A stretch of 64,000 nucleotides of DNA, from assembly GCF_945881795.1 (NCBI RefSeq), contig NZ_CAMCVG010000001.1, positions 7,488-71,487 on the forward strand. Direction: 5' to 3'. This document shows, in pieces, positions 33,489 to 45,111 of this stretch. The DNA is from Rhodoferax sp. OV413 (lineage in GTDB: Bacteria; Pseudomonadota; Gammaproteobacteria; Burkholderiales; Burkholderiaceae_C). Below the pieces are notes generated by a model. The model did no database searches. It was given only the letters and a program-made list of their open reading frames with translations, and was not told where the DNA came from. The translations under genes were made by a program, and so were the position numbers. Position 1 is the stretch's first letter. Each line of letters opens with the position of its first letter.

Positions 33489-35014
33489 TGCCCGCCTTCC
33501 ACACGCCCGCCCATGCCGTGCAATGGCTGCGCTCCCTCGGGGTGCAGGGCCTGAGCACCGACACCCGCGAGCTACAGGCCGCCGACGCATTCATTGCCTG
33601 GCCGGGCTTGGCCACCGACCCGCGCCGGTTTGTTGAACCGGCGCTGGCGCAGGGCGCGGTGGCCTGTCTGGTGGAGCAGGCCGGCGCGCACGCCTTCGCA
33701 TGGGACGCCGGGCGGGTGGGTCTGGTGGAGGGCCTCAAGGCGGCCGCCGGCCCCCTGGCCGCGGAGTTTTATGGACAACCTTCGGACGAGCTCTCAGTAA
33801 TTGCGGTCACCGGTACCAACGGAAAAACCAGTACCGCCTGGTGGCTGGCGCAGGCGCTGGGCCGGCTCGCGCGCGATGTGGAAGGCAACGAGTCACCGGC
33901 CACAGCGGCATGGGCTTGTGGCGTCATTGGCACCCTCGGAGTGGGCGTGCCGCCCGCGCTGTCTGCCACCGGCTTCACCACGCCCGACCCGGTCATGCTG
34001 CAAAAGACCTTGCGCAAATTCGTGGCGCAGGGGCTACGGGCCTGTGCGGTGGAGGCTTCGTCCATCGGCATCGAAGAAATGCGCCTCACCGGCACGGCCA
34101 TCCACACCGCCATCTTCACCAACTGGACGCAAGACCACCTGGATTACCACGGCAGCATGGCCGCTTACTGGGCAGCCAAGCGCGCGCTCTTTGACTGGCC
34201 CGGCCTGAGGGCGGCGGTGGTGAATCTGGATGATGCCAAGGGCGTGGAGCTGGCGGCCGAGCTGGCCGGTGCGCCGCTGGACCTGTGGACTGTCGGCATC
34301 CAGCGCGAGGCCCGCGTGATGGCCCGTGCGGTGACGCACTCCGCGATGGGTTTGGCCTTTGACGTGGTGGAGGCGGGGCAGTCAGTGCGGCTGCAGTCGC
34401 AGGCCGTGGGTAGCTACAACGTGTCCAACCTGCTCGGTGTGGTCGCTGCCATGCGCGCATTGGGCATCGATCTGGCGTCGGCAGTGCGGGCCTGTGAGGA
34501 ATTGCTGCCGGTACCCGGTCGTATGGAATGTGTGGGCGGGTTGGCAGAACCTTTGGTGGTGGTGGACTATGCCCATACGCCGGACGCGCTCGCCCAGGCC
34601 CTCGGCGCCCTGCAGCCGATCGCGCGCGAGCGCGGGGGGCAGCTGTGGTGTGTGTTCGGCTGCGGCGGCGACCGCGATGCCACCAAGCGCCCGCTCATGG
34701 GGGCAGTGGCTGCTGCCCACGCCGACCGCGCGGTGGTCACCAGCGACAACCCCCGCAGCGAAAAACCTGAGTCCATCGTCGCGCAAATCCTGCTGGGAAT
34801 GGTGGAGTGTCCGCGTGTGGAGGTGCAGGTCGACCGCGCACTCGCTGTGGTGGACACTATTGGCAAAGCGGCCGTGGCCGATGTCATTCTGCTGGCCGGC
34901 AAGGGCCACGAAGCCACACAAGAGACCGCCGGCGTCAAGCTGCCGTTCTCCGACCTGGCGCACGCCCGTGCGGGCCTGGAGCGTCGCGCCCGAAGGCTGG
35001 AGGTGACCGCATGA
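33488..35014 (+). CDS. murE: UDP-N-acetylmuramoyl-L-alanyl-D-glutamate--2,6-diaminopimelate ligase
   Basis: GTNGKTST P-loop, DNPR motif (VTSDNPRSE), 508 aa. Confidence 0.9.
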   Translation: MPAFHTPAHAVQWLRSLGVQGLSTDTRELQAADAFIAWPGLATDPRRFVEPALAQGAVACLVEQAGAHAFAWDAGRVGLVEGLKAAAGPLAAEFYGQPSDELSVIAVTGTNGKTSTAWWLAQALGRLARDVEGNESPATAAWACGVIGTLGVGVPPALSATGFTTPDPVMLQKTLRKFVAQGLRACAVEASSIGIEEMRLTGTAIHTAIFTNWTQDHLDYHGSMAAYWAAKRALFDWPGLRAAVVNLDDAKGVELAAELAGAPLDLWTVGIQREARVMARAVTHSAMGLAFDVVEAGQSVRLQSQAVGSYNVSNLLGVVAAMRALGIDLASAVRACEELLPVPGRMECVGGLAEPLVVVDYAHTPDALAQALGALQPIARERGGQLWCVFGCGGDRDATKRPLMGAVAAAHADRAVVTSDNPRSEKPESIVAQILLGMVECPRVEVQVDRALAVVDTIGKAAVADVILLAGKGHEATQETAGVKLPFSDLAHARAGLERRARRLEVTA

Positions 35015-36417
35015 GCGCGATGATGACGCTGGCCCGGGCCGCAGGCTGGATCCCCGGCGCGGTGCTGGCAGGCGACGTCGCCACCAGCGTGCTGCGCGTG
35101 CACACCGACACCCGCAGCATCGAGGCGGGAGACCTGTTCGTTGCCCTGCAGGGCGAGCGATTTGACGCCAACACCATGCTGCACCAGGCCCGGGCCTTAG
35201 GCGCCGCAGCGGTGGTGTGCCACGCCGGCCTGCCACCGGAGGCCTACCCCGCGGGCCTGCCGCGCATCGAGGTGGCAGACACCAGGCGCGCACTGGCCGA
35301 CCTGGCAAGCGGCTGGCGCGCACAGTTCGACCTGCCCCTGATTGCCGTGACCGGCAGCAACGGCAAGACCACCGTCACCCAGATGATTGCCAGCATCCTG
35401 CACGCCCACGCGCCCGATGGCGCGGCGCTGGCAACGCTTGGCAACTTCAACAACGACATCGGCGTGCCGCTGACCCTGCTGCGCCTGCGCACGCAGCACC
35501 GTATTGCGGTGGTGGAACTCGGCATGAACCACCCCGGCGAAATTGCGGTGCTCGCCGCCATCGCCCGTCCCACGGTGGCGCTGGTGAACAACGCACAGCG
35601 CGAGCACCTGGAATTCATGCGCACCATCGAGGCGGTGGCGCGCGAAAACGGCAGCGTGCTGGCTGCCCTGCCGGCCACAGGTCGCGCCGTTTTTCCGGGC
35701 GACGATGCCTATGCCGAGCTTTGGAGCGCCCTGTGCCCCGGCCGCCCGGTGATGCGATTTGCCGCGAATCCCGCGGGCGCTGACGTGACACTGCAAAGCG
35801 CGCAGTGGGCGGATGGCGCCTGGCAAGTGCATGCGTCTACCCCGCTGGGGGCCCTGCGTTACCGATTGGCAATTGCCGGGCGCCACAACGTCAAGAACTC
35901 GCTGGCCGCGGCTGCCTGCGCGCTGGCCGCCGGCGTGCCGCCCGACACCGTGATTCAGGGGTTGGAGGCGTTTGAGCCGGTCAAGGGCCGTTGCCGCGCG
36001 CTGCAAGTGCGCCACGGCGCGCTCGACTTCACCCTGGTGGACGATACCTACAACGCCAACCCCGACTCCATGCGCGCGGCCATCGATGTGCTGGCCGACC
36101 TGCCTGCGCCGCGCATGCTGATTCTGGGCGACATGGGCGAGGTGGGCGAGCAAGGCCCGGCCTTTCATGCTGAGGCCGGCTGCTATGCCTTGCAGGCCGG
36201 CATCGACCACTTGCTGGCGCTGGGCGAAGCCAGTGCCCACGCGGTGCAGCAGCTGCCCGGAGCGCGGCACTTTGCCGATGTGCAGTCCCTCATCGACGCC
36301 GCCCGGGAATTGGCCCCGTCGGTGGCCAGTGTGCTGGTCAAGGGTTCGCGCTTCATGCGCATGGAGCGGGTGGTGGAGGCCTTGTCGGCTGCGCCCGCGG
36401 CGGGAGAAAAAACATGA
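35011..36417 (+). CDS. murF: UDP-N-acetylmuramoyl-tripeptide--D-alanyl-D-alanine ligase
   Basis: Start at MSAMMTL (ATGA overlap with murE). VHTDTRSIEAGDLFVAL, GSNGKTT, DDTYNANP. Confidence 0.9.
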   Translation: MSAMMTLARAAGWIPGAVLAGDVATSVLRVHTDTRSIEAGDLFVALQGERFDANTMLHQARALGAAAVVCHAGLPPEAYPAGLPRIEVADTRRALADLASGWRAQFDLPLIAVTGSNGKTTVTQMIASILHAHAPDGAALATLGNFNNDIGVPLTLLRLRTQHRIAVVELGMNHPGEIAVLAAIARPTVALVNNAQREHLEFMRTIEAVARENGSVLAALPATGRAVFPGDDAYAELWSALCPGRPVMRFAANPAGADVTLQSAQWADGAWQVHASTPLGALRYRLAIAGRHNVKNSLAAAACALAAGVPPDTVIQGLEAFEPVKGRCRALQVRHGALDFTLVDDTYNANPDSMRAAIDVLADLPAPRMLILGDMGEVGEQGPAFHAEAGCYALQAGIDHLLALGEASAHAVQQLPGARHFADVQSLIDAARELAPSVASVLVKGSRFMRMERVVEALSAAPAAGEKT

Positions 36418-36442
36418 TGACTGATCGTTCTGGAGAATCCGC

Positions 36443-37621
36443 ATGCTGCTGAGCCTGGCCCAATGGTTGCAAGGTCTGTCGCCGGATTTCGGCGTGTTCC
36501 GCGTGTTCCAGTACCTCACCTTCCGTGCGGTCATGGCCGCGCTGACCGCGCTGCTCATCGGCCTGCTGGCCGGGCCCGCCGTCATCCGCCGGCTGCGCGC
36601 GCTCAAGATCGGCCAGCCGATTCGCGGCTACGGCATGGAAACCCACCTCGCTAAGAGCGGCACGCCCACCATGGGCGGGGTGCTGATTTTGTTGTGCATC
36701 GCCATCTCGACGCTGCTCTGGGCCGATCTGTCCAACCGCTTTGTGTGGATCGTGCTGGTGGTCACGCTGGGCTTTGGCGCGATCGGCTGGGCCGACGACT
36801 GGCGCAAGGTGGTGCGCAAAGACCCCGAGGGCATGCCTTCTCGCGAGAAATACCTCTGGCAAAGCGCCATCGGCCTGGTGGCCGCGCTCTATCTGGTGTT
36901 CAGCATCTCCGAGAACTCCAACCTGCGGGTGCTGGAGCTGTTCTTTAACTGGGTGCGCTCCGGGTTTGATGTCAACCTGCCGCCCAAAGCCGGCCTGCTG
37001 CTGCCCTTCTTCAAGGAGGTGAGCTATCCGCTGGGCGTGCTGGGCTTCGTGGTGATGACCTACCTGGTCATTGTGGGCTCGAGCAATGCGGTCAACCTCA
37101 CCGACGGCCTGGACGGGCTGGCCATCATGCCGGTGGTGATGGTGGGCTCGGCGCTGGGCGTGTTTGCCTATGTGACCGGAAGCTCCATCTTCTCTAAATA
37201 CCTGCTGATTCCCCATATCCCGGGCGCGGGCGAGTTGCTGATTTTCTGCTCGGCGATTGCCGGGGCGGGGCTGGCATTTTTGTGGTTCAACACCCACCCC
37301 GCGCAGGTATTCATGGGTGATGTGGGCGCGCTGGCGCTGGGTGCCGCGCTCGGCACGGTGGCGGTGATCGTGCGCCAGGAAATCGTGCTGGCCATCATGG
37401 GCGGCATCTTTGTTGCCGAGGCGCTGTCGGTGATGCTGCAGGTGAGCTACTTCAAGTTCACCAAGAGAAGGTTCGGCGAGGGCCGGCGCCTCTTCAAGAT
37501 GGCGCCGCTGCACCACCACTTTGAAAAATCCGGCTGGAAGGAGACCCAGGTGGTCGTGCGCTTCTGGATCATCACCATGCTGCTGTGCCTGGTCGGCCTG
37601 TCCACCCTCAAGCTGCGATGA
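36443..37621 (+). CDS. mraY: Phospho-N-acetylmuramoyl-pentapeptide transferase
   Basis: 392 aa. Kx[25 protein letters not shown] motifs. Confidence 0.95.
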   Translation: MLLSLAQWLQGLSPDFGVFRVFQYLTFRAVMAALTALLIGLLAGPAVIRRLRALKIGQPIRGYGMETHLAKSGTPTMGGVLILLCIAISTLLWADLSNRFVWIVLVVTLGFGAIGWADDWRKVVRKDPEGMPSREKYLWQSAIGLVAALYLVFSISENSNLRVLELFFNWVRSGFDVNLPPKAGLLLPFFKEVSYPLGVLGFVVMTYLVIVGSSNAVNLTDGLDGLAIMPVVMVGSALGVFAYVTGSSIFSKYLLIPHIPGAGELLIFCSAIAGAGLAFLWFNTHPAQVFMGDVGALALGAALGTVAVIVRQEIVLAIMGGIFVAEALSVMLQVSYFKFTKRRFGEGRRLFKMAPLHHHFEKSGWKETQVVVRFWIITMLLCLVGLSTLKLR

Positions 37622-39501
37622 CCACTCCCGTGCAGCATTCCCCCCTTGAGCCCATGCTCACACCGGCGCCTGACGCCGGCGGGATGCTGCACGCGCCTGC
37701 GCGGCCTTTGCCCACCACCCTGAACGCCGCCCAGGAGGCGGCCGAATTCGTGGCCCGCATTTTTGCGGACCCGCAGAGCGATAAAGAGGGCGACAAGTAC
37801 AGCGAAAAGGGCGAACAAGTCACAGAACCGGCGGCTGGCGGGCAAGAGCGTCCTGCGCCGCATCCAGCAGGAGACAGTGACGTCCAAGCCACCGCGCCCG
37901 CAGGCCCTGCGACGGAATCAGCCGTGTTCGCCCCGCTGGCCGGCCAGCAGGTGCTGATTTTGGGGCTGGGTGTCTCGGGTCTGGCCATGGCGCGCTGGTG
38001 CGTTCTGGGTGGCGCTGCCCGCGTCACGGTTGCTGACACACGCCCCGCCCCGCCGCAGCTGACCGCGCTGCGCGAGGAGCTGCCAGAGGTGCATTTTGTG
38101 GCCGGCCCGTTTGCGGCTTCGCTGGTCGAGGGCAAGGGTTTGCAGGCGCTTTACCGCTCGCCGGGCCTGAGTCCCGACGAAATTGCTCCTGTTTTAGGAG
38201 CTGCTAACGCAGAATTGATAAGCGTTGGTGGCGAATTAAGCCTGTTTTCTGCGGCCCTGGACTTGCTGCGCGCCCAACGCGGCTACCAGCCCGCCGTGTT
38301 GGCCATTACCGGCACCAACGGCAAAACCACGGTCACCTCGCTCACCGGGCAGCTCATGGCCCATGCCGGCAAGACGGTGGCGGTGGCGGGGAACATTGGC
38401 CCCACGCTGCTCGACACCCTGACGCTGCATCTGCAGTCCGGCAGCCTGCCCGAGGCCTGGGTGCTGGAACTCTCGAGCTTCCAGCTCGATGCGGCGGGCC
38501 GCTTTGAGCCCACGGCGGCTGTGGTGCTCAACGTCACCCAGGACCACCTCGACTGGCACGGCAGCATGACGGCCTATGCCGCAGCCAAGGCCCGCATCTT
38601 CGGCGAGCGCGCCCTGATGGTGCTCAACCGCGACGATGAGACCGTCATGGCGATGCTCCACAAGGCCCCGGCGGACGACGCCCAAGGCAAGCCCCCCGCA
38701 AATCTCGCCACCCGCGCTCGCACGCAACGCGCCCAAGACAAGATACCGGAGCGCGCTCACACCACCTACGGCGCGGACCTGCCCCGGCGCCCCGGCGACT
38801 TCGGCATGGAAGAGGTGGGCGGCATGGTCTGGCTGGTGCGCGCGCTGGAAGCCGATGAAACCCGCAAGCGCCGCAAGGATGAGGAAGAGGAAATCCACAT
38901 CCAGCGCCTGATGCCGGCCGATGCCCTGCGCATCCGCGGCCGTCACAACGCCGGCAATGCTCTGGCAGCGCTGGCCCTGTGCGCCTCAGCGGGATGCGCT
39001 CTGGGCCCGATCTTGTACGGCCTGCGCGAATACCGCGGCGAGTCCCACCGGGTGGAGCCTATCGGCATGCTCGGAGATGTGGAGTTCTTTGACGACAGCA
39101 AAGGCACCAACGTGGGCGCCACCGTGGCAGCCCTGCAGGGCCTGGGCGCAGAGCGGCGTGTGGTCGTCATTCTGGGCGGCGAGGGCAAGGGCCAGGATTT
39201 CGGGCCACTGGCCGCGCCGCTGGCCCGCTATGCCCGCGCAGCGGTGCTGATAGGGCGCGATGCCGCGCGGATTCGCAGTGCGCTGGAGGGAGCAGGCGTG
39301 GCTCTCTTGGACGCCGCCAGCATGGAAGAGGCCGTCGCGCTGGCCCACGGCAAGGCCCACGCTGGTGATGCGGTGCTGATGTCGCCCGCCTGCGCCAGCT
39401 TTGACATGTTTGACAACTATGAGCACCGCGCCCGGGTGTTCTGCGAGGCCGTGCGTGCGCTGGCCTTGGAGCGGGGCACCGATCTGGAGCAGCAAGCATG
39501 A
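37618..39501 (+). CDS. murD: UDP-N-acetylmuramoylalanine--D-glutamate ligase (with possible ~100-aa N-terminal extension)
   Basis: The Rossmann start [16 protein letters not shown] lies about 105 codons after the ATG at 37618, which overlaps the mraY stop (ATGA). GTNGKTT and [10 protein letters not shown] motifs are present. A shorter start (for example GTG near 37924) cannot be excluded. Confidence 0.8.
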   Translation: MTTPVQHSPLEPMLTPAPDAGGMLHAPARPLPTTLNAAQEAAEFVARIFADPQSDKEGDKYSEKGEQVTEPAAGGQERPAPHPAGDSDVQATAPAGPATESAVFAPLAGQQVLILGLGVSGLAMARWCVLGGAARVTVADTRPAPPQLTALREELPEVHFVAGPFAASLVEGKGLQALYRSPGLSPDEIAPVLGAANAELISVGGELSLFSAALDLLRAQRGYQPAVLAITGTNGKTTVTSLTGQLMAHAGKTVAVAGNIGPTLLDTLTLHLQSGSLPEAWVLELSSFQLDAAGRFEPTAAVVLNVTQDHLDWHGSMTAYAAAKARIFGERALMVLNRDDETVMAMLHKAPADDAQGKPPANLATRARTQRAQDKIPERAHTTYGADLPRRPGDFGMEEVGGMVWLVRALEADETRKRRKDEEEEIHIQRLMPADALRIRGRHNAGNALAALALCASAGCALGPILYGLREYRGESHRVEPIGMLGDVEFFDDSKGTNVGATVAALQGLGAERRVVVILGGEGKGQDFGPLAAPLARYARAAVLIGRDAARIRSALEGAGVALLDAASMEEAVALAHGKAHAGDAVLMSPACASFDMFDNYEHRARVFCEAVRALALERGTDLEQQA

Positions 39502-40748
39502 AGCTCCTGCCCCGCGCTTGGTTAGACCGCTTCGCGCCCCGGGAGGCCGGGGCCGGCGCCGCGCTGCCGGTGCGTCTGGGCGGGCGCGGTTCCTTCGCGG
39601 CCAGCACCGCGCCGGCGCAGGTCAAGGGCTTCGACCAGCCGCTGGCCATGGTGACGGCAGCGCTGTTGCTTTGGGGCCTGGTGATGGTGTATTCCGCCTC
39701 CATTGCGATGCCGGACAACCCCAGGTTCACCAACTACACCCACACATACTTCTTGATCCGCCACTCGGTGTCGCTGGTCATGGCCTTTGTGGCGGCGCTG
39801 ATTGCCTTTCAGGTGCCGATCCAGACCTGGGAGCGGATGGCTCCGTGGATCTTGATTGCGGCGCTGCTCCTCCTGATTCTGGTGCTGGGTGTGGGCCGTG
39901 AAGTGAACGGCGCCAAGCGCTGGATGTCACTGGGCGTGGTGAACTTCCAGCCTTCTGAGCTGGCCAAACTGGCGGTGGTGCTGTATGCCGCCGGCTACAT
40001 GGTCCGCAAGATGGACGTGAAAGAGCACTTCTTCCGCGCGGTGGCGCCAATGGCGGCGGCGGTCGCGGTGATCGGCCTGCTGCTGCTGGCCGAGCCGGAC
40101 ATGGGCGCCTTCATGGTGATCGCGGTGATTGCCATGGGCATCCTGTTCCTCGGCGGAGTGAATGCCCGCATGTTCTTCCTGATTGCGGCGGTCATTGTGG
40201 TGGCCTTCGCCCTGATGATTGCTTTCTCGGAGTGGCGGCGGGAGCGCATTTTTGCCTACCTCGACCCGTGGAACGCGAAGTACGCCCTAGGCAAAGGCTA
40301 CCAGCTGACGCATGCGCTGATTGCCATCGGTCGCGGCGAGATATTCGGCGTGGGCCTGGGCGGCAGCGTAGAAAAACTGCACTACCTCACCGAAGCGCAT
40401 ACCGACTTTCTGCTGGCCATCCTTGGCGAGGAATTCGGTCTGGTCGGCGTTGTCACCGTCATCGCGCTGTTCTTCTGGATGACACGCCGCATCATGCACA
40501 TCGGCCGCCAGGCCATCGCGCTGGACCGGGTGTTTGCCGGCCTGCTGGCGCAGGGCGTGGGTGTGTGGATAGGCTTTCAGGCCTTCATCAATATCGGCGT
40601 GAACCTCGGCGCCCTGCCCACCAAGGGCCTGACCCTCCCTCTGATGAGCTATGGCGGCTCGGCCATCCTGCTCAACCTTGTCGCCATCGCCATGGTGTTG
40701 CGGGTGGACTATGAAAACAGGCAACTGATGCACGGGGGGCGGGTATGA
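39498..40748 (+). CDS. ftsW: Cell division peptidoglycan polymerase FtsW
   Basis: 416-aa SEDS family protein ([39 protein letters not shown]). Confidence 0.9.
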   Translation: MKLLPRAWLDRFAPREAGAGAALPVRLGGRGSFAASTAPAQVKGFDQPLAMVTAALLLWGLVMVYSASIAMPDNPRFTNYTHTYFLIRHSVSLVMAFVAALIAFQVPIQTWERMAPWILIAALLLLILVLGVGREVNGAKRWMSLGVVNFQPSELAKLAVVLYAAGYMVRKMDVKEHFFRAVAPMAAAVAVIGLLLLAEPDMGAFMVIAVIAMGILFLGGVNARMFFLIAAVIVVAFALMIAFSEWRRERIFAYLDPWNAKYALGKGYQLTHALIAIGRGEIFGVGLGGSVEKLHYLTEAHTDFLLAILGEEFGLVGVVTVIALFFWMTRRIMHIGRQAIALDRVFAGLLAQGVGVWIGFQAFINIGVNLGALPTKGLTLPLMSYGGSAILLNLVAIAMVLRVDYENRQLMHGGRV

Positions 40749-41893
40749 CGCAGAAGCAGACCCTGGGGGCGCAGCGCGTCGCGCTCATCATGGCCGGCGG
40801 CACCGGCGGCCACATTTTCCCGGGCCTGGCGGTGGCGCAGGCGCTTCTGGACAAGGGCTGGCGCGTGCACTGGCTGGGCGCGCCGGGCAGCATGGAGAGC
40901 CGCCTGGTTCCGCAGCGTGGCATACCGCTGGAGCTTGTGGCGTTCGGCGGCCTGCGGGGCAAGGGTGTGGTGACGATTGCGCTGCTGCCGCTCATGCTGC
41001 TGCGCGCCTTCTGGCAGAGCCTGCGGGTGGTGCTGCGGGTGAAGCCCGATGTGCTGGTGGGACTGGGCGGATACATCACCTTCCCCGGCGGCATGATGGG
41101 CGTGCTGTGCGGCAAGCCGCTGGTCTTGCACGAACAAAATTCGGTGGCCGGCCTGGCCAATAAAGTGCTCGCCGGCGTGGCGGACCGGGTGTTCAGCGCC
41201 TTCCCCGGCGTATTGCCCAAGGCCCAGTGGGTGGGCAACCCCCTGCGCGCCGAGTTTTTGAATCATCCCGCGCCCGAAGCCCGCTTTGCTGGCCGCAGCG
41301 GTGCGCTCAGGGTGCTGGTGGTGGGGGGAAGTTTGGGAGCCCGCGCGCTCAATACCGTGGTGCCGCAGGCCCTGGCCCTCATCCCCGCACCGCAGCGCCC
41401 GGTGCTTACCCACCAGGCGGGCGAGAAGCAGATTGACGAACTGCGCGCCAATTACGCGGCCGCTGGAATTGACGCGGTGGAGGGCTACACCCATGCCGAT
41501 CCCAACGTCGACGCAGCCAGCGACGCGCAGCCCGCGGTCACCATCACCCCCTTCATCGCCGACACCGCGCAGGCCTTCGCCGATGCCGACCTGGTCATCT
41601 GCCGCGCCGGCGCCAGCACGGTGACCGAGATAGCCGCCATCGGCGCGGCGGCGGCCTTCGTGCCTTTCCCCTCGGCGGTCGACGACCACCAGACCGGCAA
41701 CGCGCGCTTCCTGGTCGATCAGGGCGGCGGCTGGCTGCTTCCCCAGAGCGAACTCACCCCCCGAGGGTTGGCCGATATGCTATTGAAAACAGAGCGCTCT
41801 GCGCTTATGCAGCGGGCGCTAGAGGCCAAAAAGATGCAAAAACTACACGCCACCGAAGCCGTGGTGGCAGCGTGCGAGGAGCTTGCCGCATGA
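40745..41893 (+). CDS. murG: UDP-N-acetylglucosamine--N-acetylmuramyl-(pentapeptide) pyrophosphoryl-undecaprenol GlcNAc transferase
   Basis: [17 protein letters not shown]-terminus, [20 protein letters not shown]. Confidence 0.9.
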   Translation: MTQKQTLGAQRVALIMAGGTGGHIFPGLAVAQALLDKGWRVHWLGAPGSMESRLVPQRGIPLELVAFGGLRGKGVVTIALLPLMLLRAFWQSLRVVLRVKPDVLVGLGGYITFPGGMMGVLCGKPLVLHEQNSVAGLANKVLAGVADRVFSAFPGVLPKAQWVGNPLRAEFLNHPAPEARFAGRSGALRVLVVGGSLGARALNTVVPQALALIPAPQRPVLTHQAGEKQIDELRANYAAAGIDAVEGYTHADPNVDAASDAQPAVTITPFIADTAQAFADADLVICRAGASTVTEIAAIGAAAAFVPFPSAVDDHQTGNARFLVDQGGGWLLPQSELTPRGLADMLLKTERSALMQRALEAKKMQKLHATEAVVAACEELAA

Positions 41894-43341
41894 AGCACGC
41901 CATCAAACACATTCACTTCGTCGGCATCGGCGGGTCGGGCATGTCGGGCATTGCCGAAGTGCTCGGCAACCTGGGTTACGTGATCTCCGGCTCCGACCTG
42001 GCCGATAGCGCCACCACCCGCCGCCTAAGTGCTCTTGGCATTCAAACCTTCCTCGGCCACGATGCCGCCCATGTCGATGGCGCAGATGCGGTAGTCACCT
42101 CCACCGCGGTGCAGGCCGACAACCCCGAAGTGGTGCGCGCCCGCGAGCGCAAGATTCCGGTCGTACCGCGCGCCCTGATGCTCGCCGAGCTGATGCGCCT
42201 GAAGCAGGGTATCGCGATTGCCGGCACCCACGGCAAAACAACCACCACCAGCCTGGTGGCCAGCGTGCTGGCGGAGGCCGGGCTGGACCCGACCTTCGTG
42301 ATCGGCGGGCGCCTCAACAGCGCCGGCGCCAACGCGCGCCTGGGCAGCGGCGAGCACATCGTCGTCGAGGCCGACGAGTCGGATGCGTCATTCCTGAACC
42401 TGTTGCCGGTGATGGCGGTGGTGACCAACATCGACGCCGACCACATGGAAACCTACGGCCACGATTTCGGCCGGCTGAAAAAGGCGTTTGTCGACTTCCT
42501 GCACCGCATGCCGTTTTATGGCACGGCCATCCTATGTACCGACGACCCCGCGGTGCGTGACATCAGCCAGCAGGTCACCTGCCCGATCACCAGCTACGGC
42601 TTCAACGAGGACGCCGAGGTCCGCGCGCTGAACGTACGCGCTGTGGGCGGCCAGATGCACTTCACCGTGCAGCGCCGCAACGGCGTGGTGCTGCCCGATC
42701 TGGAGGTGGTACTCAACCTGCCGGGGCGCCACAACGTGCTCAACGCCTTGTCGGCCATTGCGGTGGCGGTGGAGCTCAATATTGACGATGCGGCCGTCGT
42801 GCGGGCTCTGGCCGAGTTCAAGGGCGTGGGGCGCCGCTTCCAGCGCTATGGCGACTGGGCACTGCCCGCCATGAACGGCGCGGCGCGCGGCACCATCACG
42901 GTGATTGATGACTACGGACACCACCCGGTGGAAATGGCCGCCACCTTGGCCGCAGCGCGGGGCGCCTTCCCCGGCCGGCGGCTGGTGCTGGCCTTTCAGC
43001 CGCACCGCTACACCCGCACCCGCGACTGCTTTGAAGATTTTGTGAAGGTCATCGGCGCCGGTGCCGATGCGGTGCTGCTGGCCGAGGTGTACGCGGCCGG
43101 CGAGGCGCCCATCGTTGCCGCCGACGGCCGCACGCTGGCCCGGGCCCTGCGGGTGGCCGCCCGGGTGGAGCCTTTGTTTGTGGACCAGATTGCCGACATG
43201 CCGCAGGTTGCGGTGGCCAATGCGCAGGACGGCGATGTGATCATCTGCATGGGCGCCGGATCTATTGGCGCGGTACCGGCCAAAATTGTCGAGCTGCTAC
43301 AAAATAGTGAGCACTCTACGCAGCAAGGGCATGCGCTATGA
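41890..43341 (+). CDS. murC: UDP-N-acetylmuramate--L-alanine ligase
   Basis: Start at [23 protein letters not shown] (ATGA overlap with murG). [16 protein letters not shown]. Confidence 0.9.
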   Translation: MKHAIKHIHFVGIGGSGMSGIAEVLGNLGYVISGSDLADSATTRRLSALGIQTFLGHDAAHVDGADAVVTSTAVQADNPEVVRARERKIPVVPRALMLAELMRLKQGIAIAGTHGKTTTTSLVASVLAEAGLDPTFVIGGRLNSAGANARLGSGEHIVVEADESDASFLNLLPVMAVVTNIDADHMETYGHDFGRLKKAFVDFLHRMPFYGTAILCTDDPAVRDISQQVTCPITSYGFNEDAEVRALNVRAVGGQMHFTVQRRNGVVLPDLEVVLNLPGRHNVLNALSAIAVAVELNIDDAAVVRALAEFKGVGRRFQRYGDWALPAMNGAARGTITVIDDYGHHPVEMAATLAAARGAFPGRRLVLAFQPHRYTRTRDCFEDFVKVIGAGADAVLLAEVYAAGEAPIVAADGRTLARALRVAARVEPLFVDQIADMPQVAVANAQDGDVIICMGAGSIGAVPAKIVELLQNSEHSTQQGHAL

Positions 43342-44306
43342 GCCAAAACGCCTTTAATCTGACGGCGGCAGGTCTTGGCAAAGTGGCCGTGCTGATGGGC
43401 GGTGCGTCCGCCGAGCGCGAGGTGTCGCTCATGTCAGGCAGCGGCGTGCTCAAGGCGCTGCAGGCGCGCGGCGTCGATGCCTACGCCTTTGACCCTGCCG
43501 AGCGCGCGCTCGACGCGCTCAAGCGCGAAGGGTTTGAGCGCTGCTTTATCGCGCTGCACGGCCGCTTCGGCGAAGACGGCACGGTGCAGGGCGCGCTCGA
43601 GCTGCTGGGCATTCCGTACACCGGCTCCGGTGTGATGGCGTCCAGCATCTCCATGGACAAGGTCATGACCAAGCGCATCTGGCGCTTCGAAGGGCTGTCC
43701 ACCCCCGCCTGGCAGCAGGTGCAAAGCGCGGCCCAAACCCATGCCGCCTTTGCCGAATTGGGCGCACCGATGATCGTGAAGCCCGCCCGCGAGGGCTCGT
43801 CGATTGGCTTCACCAAGGTCATGTCGGCAGACCAGTGCGACGCAGCCTACGCGCTGGCGGCGCAGCACGACAGCCATGTGCTGTGCGAGCAGTTCATCGC
43901 CGGCGACGAGGTGACCTGCCCTATCTGGGGGCCCACCGCCACGCCCGAGGCGCTGCCGGTGATCCGCATCGTCGCCCCCGAAGGCAACTACGACTACCAG
44001 AACAAATACTTCACCGACAGCACCCAGTACCTCGTGCCCGCAGGCCTGCCGGAGGGAGAGGAAGAGGCGATTCAGGCGCTGGTCTGCAAGGCCTACCAGG
44101 TGCTGGGCTGCCGCGGCTGGGCGCGGGCCGACGTGATGATTGACGCCGCCAGCCGCACTCCCTATCTGCTGGAGATCAACACCTCGCCGGGCATGACCGG
44201 TCACTCGCTGGTACCCATGTCGGCCCGCGCGGCGGGCATCAGCTACGAAGACCTGTGCGTGCGGTTATTGCAAAGCACCGCCACCGACGGAGGGACCGAC
44301 GCGTGA
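43338..44306 (+). CDS. ddl: D-alanine--D-alanine ligase
   Basis: 322 aa. [27 protein letters not shown]-grasp, EINTSPGMT. Confidence 0.9.
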   Translation: MSQNAFNLTAAGLGKVAVLMGGASAEREVSLMSGSGVLKALQARGVDAYAFDPAERALDALKREGFERCFIALHGRFGEDGTVQGALELLGIPYTGSGVMASSISMDKVMTKRIWRFEGLSTPAWQQVQSAAQTHAAFAELGAPMIVKPAREGSSIGFTKVMSADQCDAAYALAAQHDSHVLCEQFIAGDEVTCPIWGPTATPEALPVIRIVAPEGNYDYQNKYFTDSTQYLVPAGLPEGEEEAIQALVCKAYQVLGCRGWARADVMIDAASRTPYLLEINTSPGMTGHSLVPMSARAAGISYEDLCVRLLQSTATDGGTDA

Positions 44307-45088
44307 ACCCATCTGTTGCCATGCCGCTGGACGTCAAGCTGATGAACGGCACCGCGCTGCTGCTGGTGCTGGGCTTTGTGGTCCTGAGCGTGGTGGCGGG
44401 CGGGCAGTGGCTGGGCCGCTTGCCGGTGTTTTCGCTCAAGGGCGTGACGGTGATGGGCGACATGAACCACAACAGCCCCCTGACCCTGCGCGCCAACGTG
44501 GCGCCGGGTCTGAACGGCAACTTCTTCTCGGTCGACCTGGCCCGCGCACGCAAAGCCTTTGAGTCGGTGCCCTGGGTGCGTCATGCGGTGGTGCGGCGCG
44601 AGTTTCCCAACCGTCTGCGGGTGGAGCTGCAGGAGCATGTGGCAGTGGCTTATTGGGGCGCGGAGCCCGAGCTGCGGCTGATGAACAGCTATGGCGAGGT
44701 GTTTGAGGCCAATCTGGGCGAGGTAGAGCAGGACAACCTGCCCAAGCTCAGCGGCCCCGACGGACAGAGCGCCGACGTCCTGGCCATGTATCGCACGCTG
44801 GCGCCGCTGCTCACCGGCATGGATATGCCGCTGGAGCTGCTTGAGCTCACCGGGCGCGGGAGCTGGCGGGCGCGGCTCGATGGTGGCGCGGTGATTGAGC
44901 TCGGACGCGGCGCGCCCGACGAGGTGGGCGATCGCCTGCAAAGGTTTTTGAAAACGCTGACCCAGGTCACTTCGCGCTATGCGCGCTCGCCGGGCTCGTT
45001 GGAGTCGGCGGACCTGCGTCACGTCAACGGATATGCAGTGAAGCTGCGCGGCGTGACCACGCTGGCGGCAGACGGTGGCAAGAAATAG
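44303..45088 (+). CDS. ftsQ: Cell division protein FtsQ
   Basis: GTG at 44303 overlaps the ddl stop (GTGA); an alternative ATG is at 44321. TM segment then POTRA-like [24 protein letters not shown]. Confidence 0.8.
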   Translation: MNPSVAMPLDVKLMNGTALLLVLGFVVLSVVAGGQWLGRLPVFSLKGVTVMGDMNHNSPLTLRANVAPGLNGNFFSVDLARARKAFESVPWVRHAVVRREFPNRLRVELQEHVAVAYWGAEPELRLMNSYGEVFEANLGEVEQDNLPKLSGPDGQSADVLAMYRTLAPLLTGMDMPLELLELTGRGSWRARLDGGAVIELGRGAPDEVGDRLQRFLKTLTQVTSRYARSPGSLESADLRHVNGYAVKLRGVTTLAADGGKK

Positions 45089-45111
45089 CGGCAACGAAGC
45101 AGGGTACAACT

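Noticed and set aside
31989-33590. 533-aa minus-strand ORF (with similar long antisense ORFs at 34382-35323, 35197-36606, 36353-37519 and 40709-41689)
   Set aside because: All are antisense to dcw genes with clear catalytic motifs, so they are shadow ORFs.
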